A DNA stretch of 64,000 nt from positions 16,248-80,247 of the forward strand of contig JACIWT010000005.1 in NCBI GenBank assembly GCA_014360825.1. Direction: 5' to 3'. The translations under genes and the position numbers were made by a program. Every line of letters begins with the position of its first letter. Position 1 is the first letter of the stretch. Source of the stretch: Chloroflexota bacterium. Lineage in GTDB: Bacteria; Chloroflexota; Anaerolineae; UBA2200; JACIWT01. Shown here piece after piece: positions 1 through 9,604 of this stretch. The notes below the pieces were generated by a model. That model did no database searches. It had not been told where the DNA came from and saw nothing but the letters and a program-made list of their open reading frames with translations.

Positions 1-323
1 ACGAGAGGATGGCCGAAGCACTGCAGCAGACAGTGGGCACCCATGACTTCGCTACGTTCGGCTGGTCAGCGCTGGAGGCAAACACCGAGCGCACCATTCT
101 GGCGGCTCGCTGTGTCCGCCAGGCGGATTTCATCCGGGTAGAAGTGGAGGCCAATGGTTTCCTTCGGCAGATGATGAGGAAGATGGTGGGCACGCTGATT
201 GCAGTGGGAACGGGAGAATTGTCTGTCCAGCAATTCAGGGATATTTTGGAGGCCCGAGATCGGAGGTTATCTGCCCCGGCAGTGCCACCCTGTGGGCTCT
301 GTCTGGAGCGGGTGAATTATTGA
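1..323 (+). CDS. truA: tRNA pseudouridine(38-40) synthase TruA, C-terminal part (5' end lies outside the window)
   Basis: The frame is open to the window edge. The C-terminal sequence [30 protein letters not shown] is typical of TruA. Confidence 0.75.
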   Translation, partial: ERMAEALQQTVGTHDFATFGWSALEANTERTILAARCVRQADFIRVEVEANGFLRQMMRKMVGTLIAVGTGELSVQQFRDILEARDRRLSAPAVPPCGLCLERVNY

Positions 324-345
324 GGTTTGGGGCCGAGGAGTAATC

Positions 346-786
346 ATGACGAAAACGTACGCAGTCAAAGCAAGCGAGATCCAACGTGAATGGTATATTG
401 TGGATGCGGAGGGGAAAACGCTGGGTCGCCTGGCCAGTGAGGTGGCGAAGATCTTACGTGGCAAGCACAAGCCGATCTTCTCGCCACACCTGGACACCGG
501 TGATTTCGTGATCGTGGTCAATGCAGACAAAATCCGAGTCACAGGTCGCAAACTCAGCCAGAAGATCTATTACCGCCACTCCGGCTATCCGGGGGGTTTC
601 AAAACGATGACGCTGGGGCGTTTGTTGCAACTGCACCCTGCGCGGGCCGTTCGTTTCGCCGTGCGCGGGATGCTGCCGGATAACAAGTTGGGTAGAGCGC
701 TGATCAAGAAACTGAAGGTGTATGCTGGCAGCGAGCATCCTCACGCTGCCCAGAAACCGAAGGCGCTTGAGATAGGAAATCGCTAA
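346..786 (+). CDS. rplM: 50S ribosomal protein L13
   Basis: 146 aa with clear L13 similarity ([31 protein letters not shown]...). A GAGGAG RBS sits 6 nt upstream. rplM-rpsI is the conserved gene order. Confidence 0.95.
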   Translation: MTKTYAVKASEIQREWYIVDAEGKTLGRLASEVAKILRGKHKPIFSPHLDTGDFVIVVNADKIRVTGRKLSQKIYYRHSGYPGGFKTMTLGRLLQLHPARAVRFAVRGMLPDNKLGRALIKKLKVYAGSEHPHAAQKPKALEIGNR

Positions 787-798
787 GAAGGAACGGTT

Positions 799-1191
799 AT
801 GTCTGCCAGATATTTCTATGGAACCGGACGGCGAAAGACATCAGTGGCCCGGGTGCGTCTTTATCCAGGCACAGGCGAAATCATGGTCAACGGTAAGCCG
901 TTGGAGGAGTACTTTCCGCGCCAGCGTGACCGAGACACCATCCTTGCTCCTCTGCGCGCTGTGTCTATGGGCGACCGCTACAACGTGATGGCCCTCGTAG
1001 AAGGGGGCGGCATCAGCGGGCAGGCAGGTGCCATCCGTCATGGCATTGCCCGAGCCCTGTTGGCTGTGGATCCCCAGTTACGCCCAACACTGCGCCAGGG
1101 TGGCTTTCTCACCCGTGACCCGCGCGTCAAGGAACGCAAGAAGCCCGGACTCAAGCGCGCCCGCAAGGCTCCCCAGTACACCAAGCGCTAA
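799..1191 (+). CDS. rpsI: 30S ribosomal protein S9
   Basis: 130 aa. The protein begins MSARYFYGTGRRKTSVARVRL and ends KKPGLKRARKAPQYTKR, which is the S9 C-terminal signature. Confidence 0.95.
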   Translation: MSARYFYGTGRRKTSVARVRLYPGTGEIMVNGKPLEEYFPRQRDRDTILAPLRAVSMGDRYNVMALVEGGGISGQAGAIRHGIARALLAVDPQLRPTLRQGGFLTRDPRVKERKKPGLKRARKAPQYTKR

Positions 1192-1352
1192 TCGTCGGCT
1201 TCACGGCCAAGCCCTGCTACACCTTTGCGCATCTCGCCGAGGAATCTGTTTTGCGCTCTTGCGGAGCAGGGCTTGGGACAGAAGGGCGAAAACCATGTGG
1301 TATGTACAAGAGCCCCTTCCTGTTCCAAGGAAGGGGCTTTTGTTGCCCGGCG

Positions 1353-2222
1353 TTACCGAATGTACATCACAGCGACGACTACCAATCCCCACAGAATCAC
1401 ATCGAGCAAGAGCGGCTTGTCCTTGAAGATCAATTCCTCAGGCGCGCCGCCCTCTTGTTTGACGTGAATCAAATATAGGTAGCGGAAAAGTCCGTATACG
1501 ACGAAGGGGATCGTCAGCATCATGGAGTGGTTGGCCGGCAGATTGGGTGCTGAGAAGGTGTAGAATGACCACGATACCGCGGCAGCAGTGGTGACCAAGC
1601 CAAGCATGTCTTCCAGCAAGCGCAGGTTATATTCATCAAATGTCTTGCGGTGTTCGTTGGCGTTTTCTTGAAGTAGGATCAGTTCCTCGCGGCGCTTGCC
1701 GACGGAAATGAGCAGCGCCAGAAAGCCCATGCAGAGATACATCCAGGGTGAAAAGCGTTCCGCTTTCACGATCACCACGCCTGCTGCCACCCGCAGCACA
1801 AATCCTGCGGCCACGGTCATCACATCCAAGATCACGATGTTTTTGAACCAGAATGAATAGAGCACGAGGCTGATGAAATAAGCGAGCACGATGATCCCGA
1901 AATGTCTGTCCAGCACGAAACTGGTTGGAATGCAGGCCAGGGCCAGAACGAGAGCCGCAGCGAGAGCCACCCTGGGGTCCAATTGCCCGGAGGCCAGTGG
2001 ACGAAGCCTCTTCGCGGGATGTTGCCGGTCTTTTTCGACGTCCGCAAGGTCGTTGATGATATAAACGGCACTGCTGACCCCGCAGAATAGGATCATGCCG
2101 CCAATGGTCTTCAGAAGCAAAGACGGAATAAACATCTTCTGATCAAAAACCAGGGCAGCGGCAATGAAGATGTTCTTCGGCCACTGAGTGGGCCGCATGG
2201 TCTTAAGCAATGCTTTCAACAT
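1353..2222 (-). CDS. UbiA-family prenyltransferase (decaprenyl-phosphate phosphoribosyltransferase-like)
   Basis: Multi-TM protein with the UbiA motif YIINDLADVEKDRQHPAKRLRPLASGQL and an N-terminal RPTQWPKN. The ORF extends to 2279, but a GAGGAG RBS favours the ATG at 2222. Confidence 0.7.
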   Translation of the reverse strand: MLKALLKTMRPTQWPKNIFIAAALVFDQKMFIPSLLLKTIGGMILFCGVSSAVYIINDLADVEKDRQHPAKRLRPLASGQLDPRVALAAALVLALACIPTSFVLDRHFGIIVLAYFISLVLYSFWFKNIVILDVMTVAAGFVLRVAAGVVIVKAERFSPWMYLCMGFLALLISVGKRREELILLQENANEHRKTFDEYNLRLLEDMLGLVTTAAAVSWSFYTFSAPNLPANHSMMLTIPFVVYGLFRYLYLIHVKQEGGAPEELIFKDKPLLLDVILWGLVVVAVMYIR

Positions 2223-2334
2223 TCCGTGGTTCTCCTCGTAGATAGTGAGATGATTCCAATCATACCTGATGGAGGGCATTCCGTCAACCTTGACTTTCGC
2301 TGCAAAAGAGGCTATTCTTAGTTATCGGGTGAGA

Positions 2335-3138
2335 ATGACGAAGCGACGTCTGGATGTGCTGACCTTCGAGCGAGGATTGGCGGAGAGCCGCGAACAAGCC
2401 CATCGCCTGGTGCTGGCCGGGGCGGTACTCGTGGACGGCAAGGTGGTGGATAAACCTGGGACCCGCGTGCCCGAGGCAGCAGAGATCACCCTCGTGGAGT
2501 CTTTGCCCTATGTCAGCCGGGGTGGGCTTAAATTAGCGGCTGCCCTGGACAAATTTGACATAAATGTCACAGGCTTGGTGGCTGCCGATATCGGTGCATC
2601 CACCGGCGGCTTCACCGATTGCCTTCTGCAGCGGGGCGCGGCCAAAGTCTACGCCATTGACGTTGGGTACGGGCAACTCGCCTGGAAATTGCGGCGTGAC
2701 CCCCGCGTCGTGGTGATGGAGCGTGTTAATGCCCGCTATCTCGAAGCCCTGCCGGAGCCGGTGGACTTAGTGACCATAGATGTATCTTTCATCTCGCTGC
2801 GGCTCATCCTGCCAGTAGCCATGTGTCTGCTCGGGCCCGCGGGACAAGTCATCGCCCTGATCAAGCCCCAATTTGAAGCCGGGCGCCGGCAGGTGGGCAA
2901 GGGGGGCGTAGTGCGTGATCCAGCAGTGCACCGGGCAGTGCTCGAAGGACTACTTTCGTGGGCCATAGAGCAGGGGTTTGTTTTGCAAGGGCTCATCCCT
3001 TCGCCTGTCCTGGGCCCGGCGGGGAACCAGGAGTTCTTAGTTCACCTCGCGCGGGTGGGGGAGAGCCGTGACCCGAGGGCGCTTGTGGCGGGCTGTCTGG
3101 GTGGTGAGGAAAAACAGCCGACCACTTCACCTTGCTGA
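2335..3138 (+). CDS. tlyA: TlyA-family rRNA (cytidine-2'-O)-methyltransferase / hemolysin A
   Basis: N-terminal S4 domain ([38 protein letters not shown]) followed by an FtsJ-like MTase with GASTGGFTD. The ORF extends upstream to 2269, but the first ATG at 2335 is taken as the start. Confidence 0.8.
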   Translation: MTKRRLDVLTFERGLAESREQAHRLVLAGAVLVDGKVVDKPGTRVPEAAEITLVESLPYVSRGGLKLAAALDKFDINVTGLVAADIGASTGGFTDCLLQRGAAKVYAIDVGYGQLAWKLRRDPRVVVMERVNARYLEALPEPVDLVTIDVSFISLRLILPVAMCLLGPAGQVIALIKPQFEAGRRQVGKGGVVRDPAVHRAVLEGLLSWAIEQGFVLQGLIPSPVLGPAGNQEFLVHLARVGESRDPRALVAGCLGGEEKQPTTSPC

Positions 3139-3177
3139 GGCATAGGAACGCCGACAAAGGGAATACAAACTACATTC

Positions 3178-3468
3178 ATGCATCGGAGGTTGCTCTTGGA
3201 TTGGAAAGTACTGCTCTCGACGTTCACAGTGCTTTTTTTAGCCGAGTTGGGAGATAAGACCCAACTGGCGGTCATCTCCCTCACTTGTCAACACCAGAAG
3301 CCGCTGGCTGTGTTTTTGGGGGCTACACTAGCCCTGGCGACAGTAACTCTCGTCGGTGTGGTGGGCGGTCAAGCGGTGGCCCAAATCGTGCCAGAGGAGA
3401 GTATGAGGCGCATCGCTGCGGCGGCGTTCGTAATACTCGGATTGCTTATGTGGTTCAAGATACTCTGA
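3178..3468 (+). CDS. UPF0016/GDT1-family (TMEM165-like) single-domain membrane protein
   Basis: Carries the signature FLAELGDKTQ motif and 3 TM helices. An alternative TTG start at 3196 has a GGAGG RBS. Confidence 0.55.
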   Translation: MHRRLLLDWKVLLSTFTVLFLAELGDKTQLAVISLTCQHQKPLAVFLGATLALATVTLVGVVGGQAVAQIVPEESMRRIAAAAFVILGLLMWFKIL

Positions 3469-3500
3469 CCCATTCCGCTGAGTGGCGCGTGAAGGGAGTG

Positions 3501-3884
3501 ATGATGAAAAAAGAATGGCAGGCTGCCGGCTGGGGTCTGGTACTATTTCTGACCGGAGTGGTTTTGCTCTGTCTCGTGACTTTTCTTGGTCATTCCCGTT
3601 GGTGGGCACCGGCGATAGTGTTGGGCACACCAGTGGTGATTGGGTCACTCACTCGGGTTCACTTGAGGGGCTTCGCACCGGAGGACCGCCTGGTTACAGC
3701 ATTGATTTTCGGCATCGTGGTTGTGACGGTGAACCTGATTTTGGACAGCCTGATGTGGGTGAGTATCTGCTGGTGGAACTTTCCATCCGTGCCGGGTGCA
3801 GAGTGGCCTCTGATATGGATTTCCGCACTCATTGCCTATGCAGAGATGCTGCTGGTGTCATGGATGGTGGGAGCAAGGCAGTGA
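3501..3884 (+). CDS. hypothetical 4-TM membrane protein
   Basis: Reads MMKKEWQAAGWGLVLFLTGVVLLCLV..., with a GAAGGGAG RBS at 3491-3498. The upstream part of the 3285 ORF overlaps the GDT1 gene and was discarded. Confidence 0.5.
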   Translation: MMKKEWQAAGWGLVLFLTGVVLLCLVTFLGHSRWWAPAIVLGTPVVIGSLTRVHLRGFAPEDRLVTALIFGIVVVTVNLILDSLMWVSICWWNFPSVPGAEWPLIWISALIAYAEMLLVSWMVGARQ

Positions 3885-3959
3885 GTGTTTGACTATGGGG
3901 AGAGCGGAAGTTATAATAATCGTGTAGACTTCTTTAGATTGAGTCTCAGCGAAAGCCGT

Positions 3960-4033
3960 GCGCCTGTAGCTCAGTGGATAGAGCCGCAGACTTCGAATCT
4001 GTGTGGTCGGGGGTTCGAGTCCCTCCAGGCGCA
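3960..4033 (+). tRNA. tRNA-Arg (anticodon TCG)
   Basis: The sequence GCGCCTGTAGCTCAGTGGATAGAGC...CTTCGAA...GGTTCGAGTCCCTCCAGGCGCA folds as a cloverleaf with a 7-bp acceptor stem, a TPsiC arm and an anticodon loop CU-UCG-AA. CCA is not encoded. Confidence 0.85.
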
Positions 4034-4229
4034 TTGAGCACAATAATTGGTGGTCGGAGGATATCTGCCCGCTACAAACAGGTGTGAAACATGGGGAGCC
4101 AACAAGGCATAGACACAATGTGTAGTGGATACCGGAGCAATCACATTCTAACACGGCAGCCCGTTCATTGCAAGTCGGTGGATGGGCTTTCTGGTTCTTC
4201 GACTTCTGTCTTTTCGGTAGGAGGGTCAA

Positions 4230-4937
4230 ATGCAAGTAAAGACTTTAGGGCTATTGACTTGTATGCTGGCTGTAGTTTTGCTACTACCGAGCGCGTGCGC
4301 CTCCCAATCGACGCCGACTCCAACTCCTGAGCCGCAAATACAGCTGGTGCGGGTAGTCGACGGTGATACGATAATAGTGAACATTGATGGTCGCGAGTAT
4401 ACCGTGCGCTACCTGGGCATCGATGCGCCAGCGCTGGATGCGCCATTTGGTGAAGAGGCCAGGCGCATTAATGCCGAGTTACTTGGACAGAGAACTATTC
4501 GCCTCGAAAGCGACGTCAGCGATACGGACAAGGAAGGACGACTGCTGCGCTATGTTTGGGCGGGTGGACTCATGGTCAATGCTGAACTGGTACAGCGAGG
4601 CTATGCACGAGTAAACCCACGTCCGCCGGATATTAAATACGAGAAGGAACTGTTTCAACGGCAAACCTGGGCGAACTCTGCGAAGCGCGGTATCTGGAAG
4701 ATCCCCGGAAGTGGGTCGGTCAGCGAATGGCGGGGGGTATATATTGGCATGCCTGCTGACGATGTGCTAGCAATTCATCCCAAGAGTGAGGCAATAGGCG
4801 AACCGGAGGTGTTAGGCACTGACGCAGAGGGGTTTATTGTAAAATGGACTTACCCAGGTGCTTTTCTAATCCTCACTAGATGGAAAAAAGATGGGGTGGA
4901 GTGCTATCGTGTAAAAGAAATTCATTTGGTGCCATAG
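4230..4937 (+). CDS. secreted thermonuclease (staphylococcal nuclease/SNase-like) lipoprotein
   Basis: Signal peptide plus lipobox (LLLPSAC). The SNase core reads VRVVDGDTIIV...YTVRYLGIDAPA...EGRLLRYVW...AELVQRGYARV. A GGAGGG RBS is present. Confidence 0.8.
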   Translation: MQVKTLGLLTCMLAVVLLLPSACASQSTPTPTPEPQIQLVRVVDGDTIIVNIDGREYTVRYLGIDAPALDAPFGEEARRINAELLGQRTIRLESDVSDTDKEGRLLRYVWAGGLMVNAELVQRGYARVNPRPPDIKYEKELFQRQTWANSAKRGIWKIPGSGSVSEWRGVYIGMPADDVLAIHPKSEAIGEPEVLGTDAEGFIVKWTYPGAFLILTRWKKDGVECYRVKEIHLVP

Positions 4938-5076
4938 GAACCGTGCGGTGAATACACCGAAATATGTACGCAACCGACGTGAGCGGCATGCGCCGCATGG
5001 AATATAGATGCTCGCAGGGTCCAGTGAAGTCATCACCAGCTGGTAATTGCCACTTTGCGCAATAAGGAGGCAACAC

Positions 5077-5595
5077 ATGAATGGGCCAGAGCCCGTTATC
5101 GGTTTCAACGTGAAGCCGGAAATGTTAGAAGAAATAAAGACGAAAATACTTGATGAGCACGAGCAGCTGCTCGGAGTGTTCACGGCCCAGCCGCGCGCTG
5201 ACCGAGGGGGCTACAAAAGCCTTCTCCGGGGTCGCCTGGTAATTACTGACAAGCGCGTGATTGTGTGGGCACGCGGTCTCGGCGGAGGCACAGAAGCCTT
5301 TTTGTACAATGACATTCTCAGCGTAGAGGGAAGCAAGGGGCTTGTGCTGGGCAAGGTCACCCTTAACCTTGGAGGAGCGAAGGAAATAATTGACAGTATG
5401 CCGAATCCGGAGGTTGATATTGCGGTCAAGATGATACGAGAGCAGATTCAGCTTGCTAGAACGCAAAGCCAATTGGAACAAGTCAGTGATGATATTCCAG
5501 CCCAAATTGAAAAACTGGCCAAATTGCGTGACGCTGGAATTCTCACAGAGGAAGAATTCAGTGCAAAGAAGGCTGAGCTGCTGGCCAGAATGTAG
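5077..5595 (+). CDS. bacterial PH-domain (bPH) protein with a C-terminal SHOCT domain
   Basis: An AAGGAGG RBS lies 6 nt before the ATG at 5077. The C-terminus KLAKLRDAGILTEEEFSAKKAELLA is a SHOCT motif. The middle GRLVITDKRVIVW... region is bPH-like. Confidence 0.6.
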   Translation: MNGPEPVIGFNVKPEMLEEIKTKILDEHEQLLGVFTAQPRADRGGYKSLLRGRLVITDKRVIVWARGLGGGTEAFLYNDILSVEGSKGLVLGKVTLNLGGAKEIIDSMPNPEVDIAVKMIREQIQLARTQSQLEQVSDDIPAQIEKLAKLRDAGILTEEEFSAKKAELLARM

Positions 5596-5680
5596 TCGGA
5601 CTTCGGGCAGTGAGACTTCATTACGGGCCGCGCGTTGAAATCATCGCTTTCGGCTTGAATAATGCGGCAGGTTTATTCAA

Positions 5681-7459
5681 ATGAAGCACACGAGGACCCT
5701 CGTCGCCTTGCCTCTATTGGTCAGCGCTGTTGCGACCGCCCTCATGCTGGCTCCCCTGTTCGCAGATTTTGCCCACCGCGCCGCCAACCTGGCCGGCGAT
5801 GCCTCGGAGTACATCTTCCGCATCTGGTGGTTCAACCAAGCCTTATTCCGCGAAGGCGTCTCGCCCTTCTACCACCCGCGCATTTTCTACCCCTACGGCT
5901 ATGCCCTGGGCCGTTCGGAGACCACCCTCGCTAATCTGACGCTGGCAACTCCACTAGCGCTCTTGGCAGGCGAAATCATAGCATACAATTCGTTGTTGGT
6001 GGCCTCCTGCGTTCTGAGCGGGTTTGGTATGTACCTGCTGGTGTACAGACTGACACGGGAACCAGTCGCCGGGCTGCTGGCGGGGCTGGCCTTCGCTTTC
6101 GCACCGACGCATCTGGCACACTTGGCCATGGGTATGATAGGCATTGCCAGCGTGCAGTGGCTCCCGTTCGCCTTTTTGGGCGTAGAGAGTATGCTGGAGC
6201 GCCGTGATGTGCGATCGGCGATCCTGACGGGGGTTTTCTACGCTTTCGCTGCCTTATCAGCCTGGTATATGGCTTTCATTGTCGGGATAGGACTGGTGTC
6301 CTATTTTCTGTTCCGATTGTGGGCACAGAGGAGGCGGTGGGATCGCACGCTGGTGATCCTGGTAGGATTGTTCGCCATCGTGGTCATCGTTTTGGTGAGC
6401 CCTGCCCTGGTGATGGCTTGGCGCACCCACTCGGAGATGACTCGTTCGATCTCCGTTGCCGATCACTGGGGCACTACTTTCCTCGATTTCGTCTATCCTA
6501 ACCCTCGCCATCCGCTCTGGGGATCATTTTTCCTGGCCCGGTACGATGCATTGACCCGTCGCGGCGACGCTTACCTGGGATTGCCGGTGTTACTGCTGGC
6601 CATTGCGGGATGGTGCTTGGGCAGGCGGCGAGAAATGTGGCCCTATCTGGCAGTGGCATTCTTGGGAGGCATCTTGTCGCTGGGCTTGACGTTGCACATG
6701 GCCAACGGTCGGTTGTATATCCCGGTGCCCCAGGCCATAGAGAGAGTGTTCACCGCGGGGATGGGTATCTTATCCCGAGACCTAGCGCTCAATGCCACGG
6801 CTACCTACTGGACGTTGCGCGTACCCGGGCAGATCTATATCCCGCTGCCGGCAATGCTGGTGTATCTGTTTTTCCCCGGCGGAAATGGGATGCGTTTCTG
6901 GCATCGGTTTGCCTTATTGACGGTGTTTGGGGTTTGCGTCCTCGCGGCGGTGGGGTTGGTTTATGTCTTGCGACGGGTGGAGAGCAGACGATGGCGCTTA
7001 TTGATAACGGTTCTCTGCCTGGGGATAGTGTTGTTCGACTTCGCCTGGGCACCAGGGATGTGGGGGGTGCAGTCACTGGCTCCACATCCGGCTGTGGTTT
7101 GGCTTGCTGAGCAACCGGGTGATTTCGCGATAATGAAAATGCCAGTAGAGGTGGCGCTCTGTGGGCCATCGCTCTATGAACTGGTGACCCACGGGAAGAA
7201 CATGGCCTATGGCTACGGGGCATTCTTCCCGCCGGAGTGGGAGATGCGCCGTTGGGCATTGGAGCGTTTCCCAGAAGAAGTATGTCTGGAGGTGCTGCGC
7301 GCCTGGGGTGTGCGCTACATACTCTTCTACCCAGGAGAGTATCCTGCGCTGGGGCTGGGGCCAACCCCAGACTTATCGGCGGTGGCGGGATTGCGACTGG
7401 TCAGGTCTTTCGGCGACGTGGAGGTTTGGGAACTCGTCGCCCAGCAGGTGGATAGTTAG
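5681..7459 (+). CDS. polytopic membrane protein, GT-C-type glycosyltransferase-like (YfhO/ArnT-like)
   Basis: 592 aa with more than 10 TM helices. The N-terminal periplasmic-loop region is rich in aromatic residues (IFRIWWFNQALFREG...FYHPRIFYPYGY). I could not match a specific motif, so the call rests on architecture. Confidence 0.45.
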   Translation: MKHTRTLVALPLLVSAVATALMLAPLFADFAHRAANLAGDASEYIFRIWWFNQALFREGVSPFYHPRIFYPYGYALGRSETTLANLTLATPLALLAGEIIAYNSLLVASCVLSGFGMYLLVYRLTREPVAGLLAGLAFAFAPTHLAHLAMGMIGIASVQWLPFAFLGVESMLERRDVRSAILTGVFYAFAALSAWYMAFIVGIGLVSYFLFRLWAQRRRWDRTLVILVGLFAIVVIVLVSPALVMAWRTHSEMTRSISVADHWGTTFLDFVYPNPRHPLWGSFFLARYDALTRRGDAYLGLPVLLLAIAGWCLGRRREMWPYLAVAFLGGILSLGLTLHMANGRLYIPVPQAIERVFTAGMGILSRDLALNATATYWTLRVPGQIYIPLPAMLVYLFFPGGNGMRFWHRFALLTVFGVCVLAAVGLVYVLRRVESRRWRLLITVLCLGIVLFDFAWAPGMWGVQSLAPHPAVVWLAEQPGDFAIMKMPVEVALCGPSLYELVTHGKNMAYGYGAFFPPEWEMRRWALERFPEEVCLEVLRAWGVRYILFYPGEYPALGLGPTPDLSAVAGLRLVRSFGDVEVWELVAQQVDS

Positions 7460-7501
7460 TTTTCAAATAACTGGTATTTCCTTAAAATTCTCGAAGCGCT
7501 A

Positions 7502-7530
7502 TTGACAAGTCTGCTGGGTTGTGATAAAAT
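7502..7530 (+). promoter_or_regulatory. sigma70-type promoter: TTGACA, 17-nt spacer, TGaTAAAAT (extended -10)
   Basis: Read directly from the sequence. It drives the short structured transcript listed next. Confidence 0.55.
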
Positions 7531-7536
7531 ATGAGC

Positions 7537-7612
7537 AGGCGGTTGGGAAAAAGCGAGACTTTCCAGATAGTCCGCCCACCGCAAGGCCTGAGATCGGCTC
7601 AGGCCTTTTTGT
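7537..7612 (+). ncRNA. candidate small RNA (about 75 nt) between a consensus promoter and an intrinsic terminator
   Basis: Begins about 7 nt after the -10 element. It ends at a 10-bp perfect hairpin AAGGCCTGAG/CTCAGGCCTT (7583-7607) followed by TTTTTGTGT. An internal GGCGG...CCGCC stem is present. No family was recognised. Confidence 0.35.
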
Positions 7613-7706
7613 GTCTGCCGAAATGAGAATAGCACCCAATAACCAGCGTCTGTAGGAGAATTGCCCCCAGATTTCGCAACAGTTCTGAACAAGCCTTCCA
7701 CTGTCC

Positions 7707-7735
7707 TTGACGTCTGCTCTGATCTGCGATAATAT
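7707..7735 (+). promoter_or_regulatory. sigma70-type promoter TTGACG-17-TAATAT for the YVTN gene
   Basis: It shares the TCTGCT...GATAA(A)AT spacer and -10 pattern with the promoter at 7502. Confidence 0.45.
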
Positions 7736-7864
7736 GATAACCAGAATATATTTCTCCTGAATAAGGGCAATAGTTCCACTACTGCATCCCCAGGCAACGA
7801 CCAGGGAGAGTAGGGTTTATTGTGTGCCACAGGAGCACCGCATAAACGCGGGCAGGAGGAAAAG

Positions 7865-8812
7865 ATGCAGCGCCTGTGGTTTGTTGGGGGCCTGATCATC
7901 GTTGCCCTCGTCGCTGCCTCCCTTGCTCCCTTAACTCCTTCGACCATCGCCCAATCGCTCATCGGGACTGTGAACGTGGGCGACAATCCCGGTGCGACGG
8001 TCGCCGATCCGCTTCGCAACCTCGTCTATGTCGTCTGTGAGTATGACGACACCATCTACGTGTTGGACGGCAATTCCAATACCGTCGTCCGCACCATTCC
8101 TCTGCCCTACAACATTTCTGGAGCGGCTCTGGACCCCATTGCCAACCGCCTATATGTGGCGTCGTGCAGCCCAATTCACGTGCTCGATGCGGCCACTGGC
8201 AATGAGGTGGGAGCGATCAACGAGTGCGTGTTCCACCCGGAGGAGTTGGCAATTGATCCAGGTCGGCATCGACTGTTGGTCAGTGACGAGAGCGGGCTTA
8301 TTGGTGTGTCAGACTACGTTAACATCTACGATACGAGGACCCTCCAGAGAGTGGCTCGAGTCGAAATCGGTTACAGTACCGTTTTTCGCGACGTGGCCGT
8401 AGCAGTGAATGCGGTAAGCGGCATGGGCTACGCGTCATACGACGCTCAGCCCAACTTGGTTTTCTTTGATGTGATGACCGGTGAGATTAGACACCAGGTG
8501 CGCGACATCTCGGCCACGCACGGTGTCGCTGCTGATCCGGTGCTCAACCGCGTGTACGTCCGTTGCCTGAATGAGATCGCCGTGTTCGATGGCACCACAG
8601 CGGCTCGCGTGGGCTCGATCCCTGTAGCGGGCATCATCGGACTGAACTGTGGTGCGAGGCGGGTTTACAGTTGGAAGTCACAGGACATGCGAGTTTTCGA
8701 TGCCAACACACTCACTGCAGTGGGCACTGTGCGGGTGCCAGGGACGGGTTATGCGGGAACTATGCCAGCATTGGCGTGTTGGAGGCGCTGGGGCGGGTCT
8801 ATTGCCCGATGA
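7865..8812 (+). CDS. YVTN-family beta-propeller repeat secreted protein (N-terminal reading frame)
   Basis: GGAGGA RBS, a signal peptide, and repeated YVTN units (NLVYVVCEYDDTIYVLD, NRLYVASCSPIHVLD, HRLLVSDESG...). The frame ends in nonsense after GTGYAG near 8760. The homology continues in the -1 frame. Confidence 0.6.
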   Translation: MQRLWFVGGLIIVALVAASLAPLTPSTIAQSLIGTVNVGDNPGATVADPLRNLVYVVCEYDDTIYVLDGNSNTVVRTIPLPYNISGAALDPIANRLYVASCSPIHVLDAATGNEVGAINECVFHPEELAIDPGRHRLLVSDESGLIGVSDYVNIYDTRTLQRVARVEIGYSTVFRDVAVAVNAVSGMGYASYDAQPNLVFFDVMTGEIRHQVRDISATHGVAADPVLNRVYVRCLNEIAVFDGTTAARVGSIPVAGIIGLNCGARRVYSWKSQDMRVFDANTLTAVGTVRVPGTGYAGTMPALACWRRWGGSIAR

Positions 8813-9489
8813 CGTACGACGATAAGGTGGCGGTGATACAAGACGTCGCCGCCGTGACCACACCTACTACAGGCCCGCCTGGCACGGCTACTCCAACCTG
8901 CACACCCACCCGTACCGCTACCCCAGGCCCCTCGCCCACGCCCACTCGCACCCGTCCGCCAGGCGCAGCCGAGATGTTCTTGCCCATCATCCGCAAGGGA
9001 TTTCCGCTGCCTACTCCCACCCCCACTCGCACTATCACGCCCGAGTGGCACGGGCGACCCAACGATGGCCTGTGGCGCGGCCAGACCACTACCACCGGCC
9101 ACCCCGACCACCCTCAAACCATCGCTTTCGAGACCGCCAGCGGCGGCTCGAAGATCCGCGCCGGGATGGACTTGGTGACGTACGTCTATGAGTCCAATTC
9201 CTGGATTTGCTACGGCACAGCCACTTGGGAGATCGCCAATGCCGTTCCGATTGGCACGGATGGGACGTTCACTTTCTCCCGCACCTACCTGGATGGCAAC
9301 ATCTCGGGCACAGGGCGCTTCGTCTCGCCCACTCGAGCGGAAGGGACCTATGCCACGAACATACTCTACGGTGTCTGCGGCAACATTTACAACACGGGCA
9401 CATGGTGGGCGACGTGGCAGGGTGCAGCCGGGGAGGATACGGATGTGGTAAGTGGGGGAGAATTAGGTCTGGAGATGCGCGTGGAGTAA
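8743..9489 (+). pseudogene. continuation of the YVTN protein in the -1 frame: last YVTN repeat, PT-rich linker, FLPIIRK motif, and an unknown 150-aa C-terminal domain (frameshifted gene or sequencing error)
   Basis: The second frame reads NYASIGVLEALGRVYCPMTYDDKVAVIQD (a YVTN unit), then TTPTTGPPGTATPTCTPTRTATPGPSPTPTRT, then AEMFLPIIRKGF. Confidence 0.45.
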
Positions 9490-9558
9490 GAAAAACAGGT
9501 GCAAAAGCCCCCACAGGTTCCCAAAACCTGCGGGAGGGTGCTGCAGCAGTGGACAGAA

Positions 9559-9591
9559 AAGGGGCCTAGCGACCGCATCGCCAGGCCCCTT
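9559..9591. terminator. bidirectional stem-loop between convergent secreted-protein genes
   Basis: AAGGGGCCT-N15-AGGCCCCTT forms a 9-bp stem, with a short A-run and T-run on the two sides. Confidence 0.4.
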
Positions 9592-9604
9592 GCTCATTGC
9601 TCCA

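Noticed and set aside
7531-7626. 31-codon ORF starting at the ATG right after the -10 box (a possible leaderless peptide MSRRLGKSETFQIVRPPQGLRSAQAFLCLPK)
   Set aside because: The intrinsic terminator lies inside it, before its stop codon. A non-coding structured RNA is more parsimonious, though a leader peptide cannot be excluded.
7456-8019. 187-aa minus-strand ORF across the promoter region and YVTN N-terminus
   Set aside because: It overlaps two promoters, the candidate sRNA and the well-supported YVTN gene. It has no RBS or homology.
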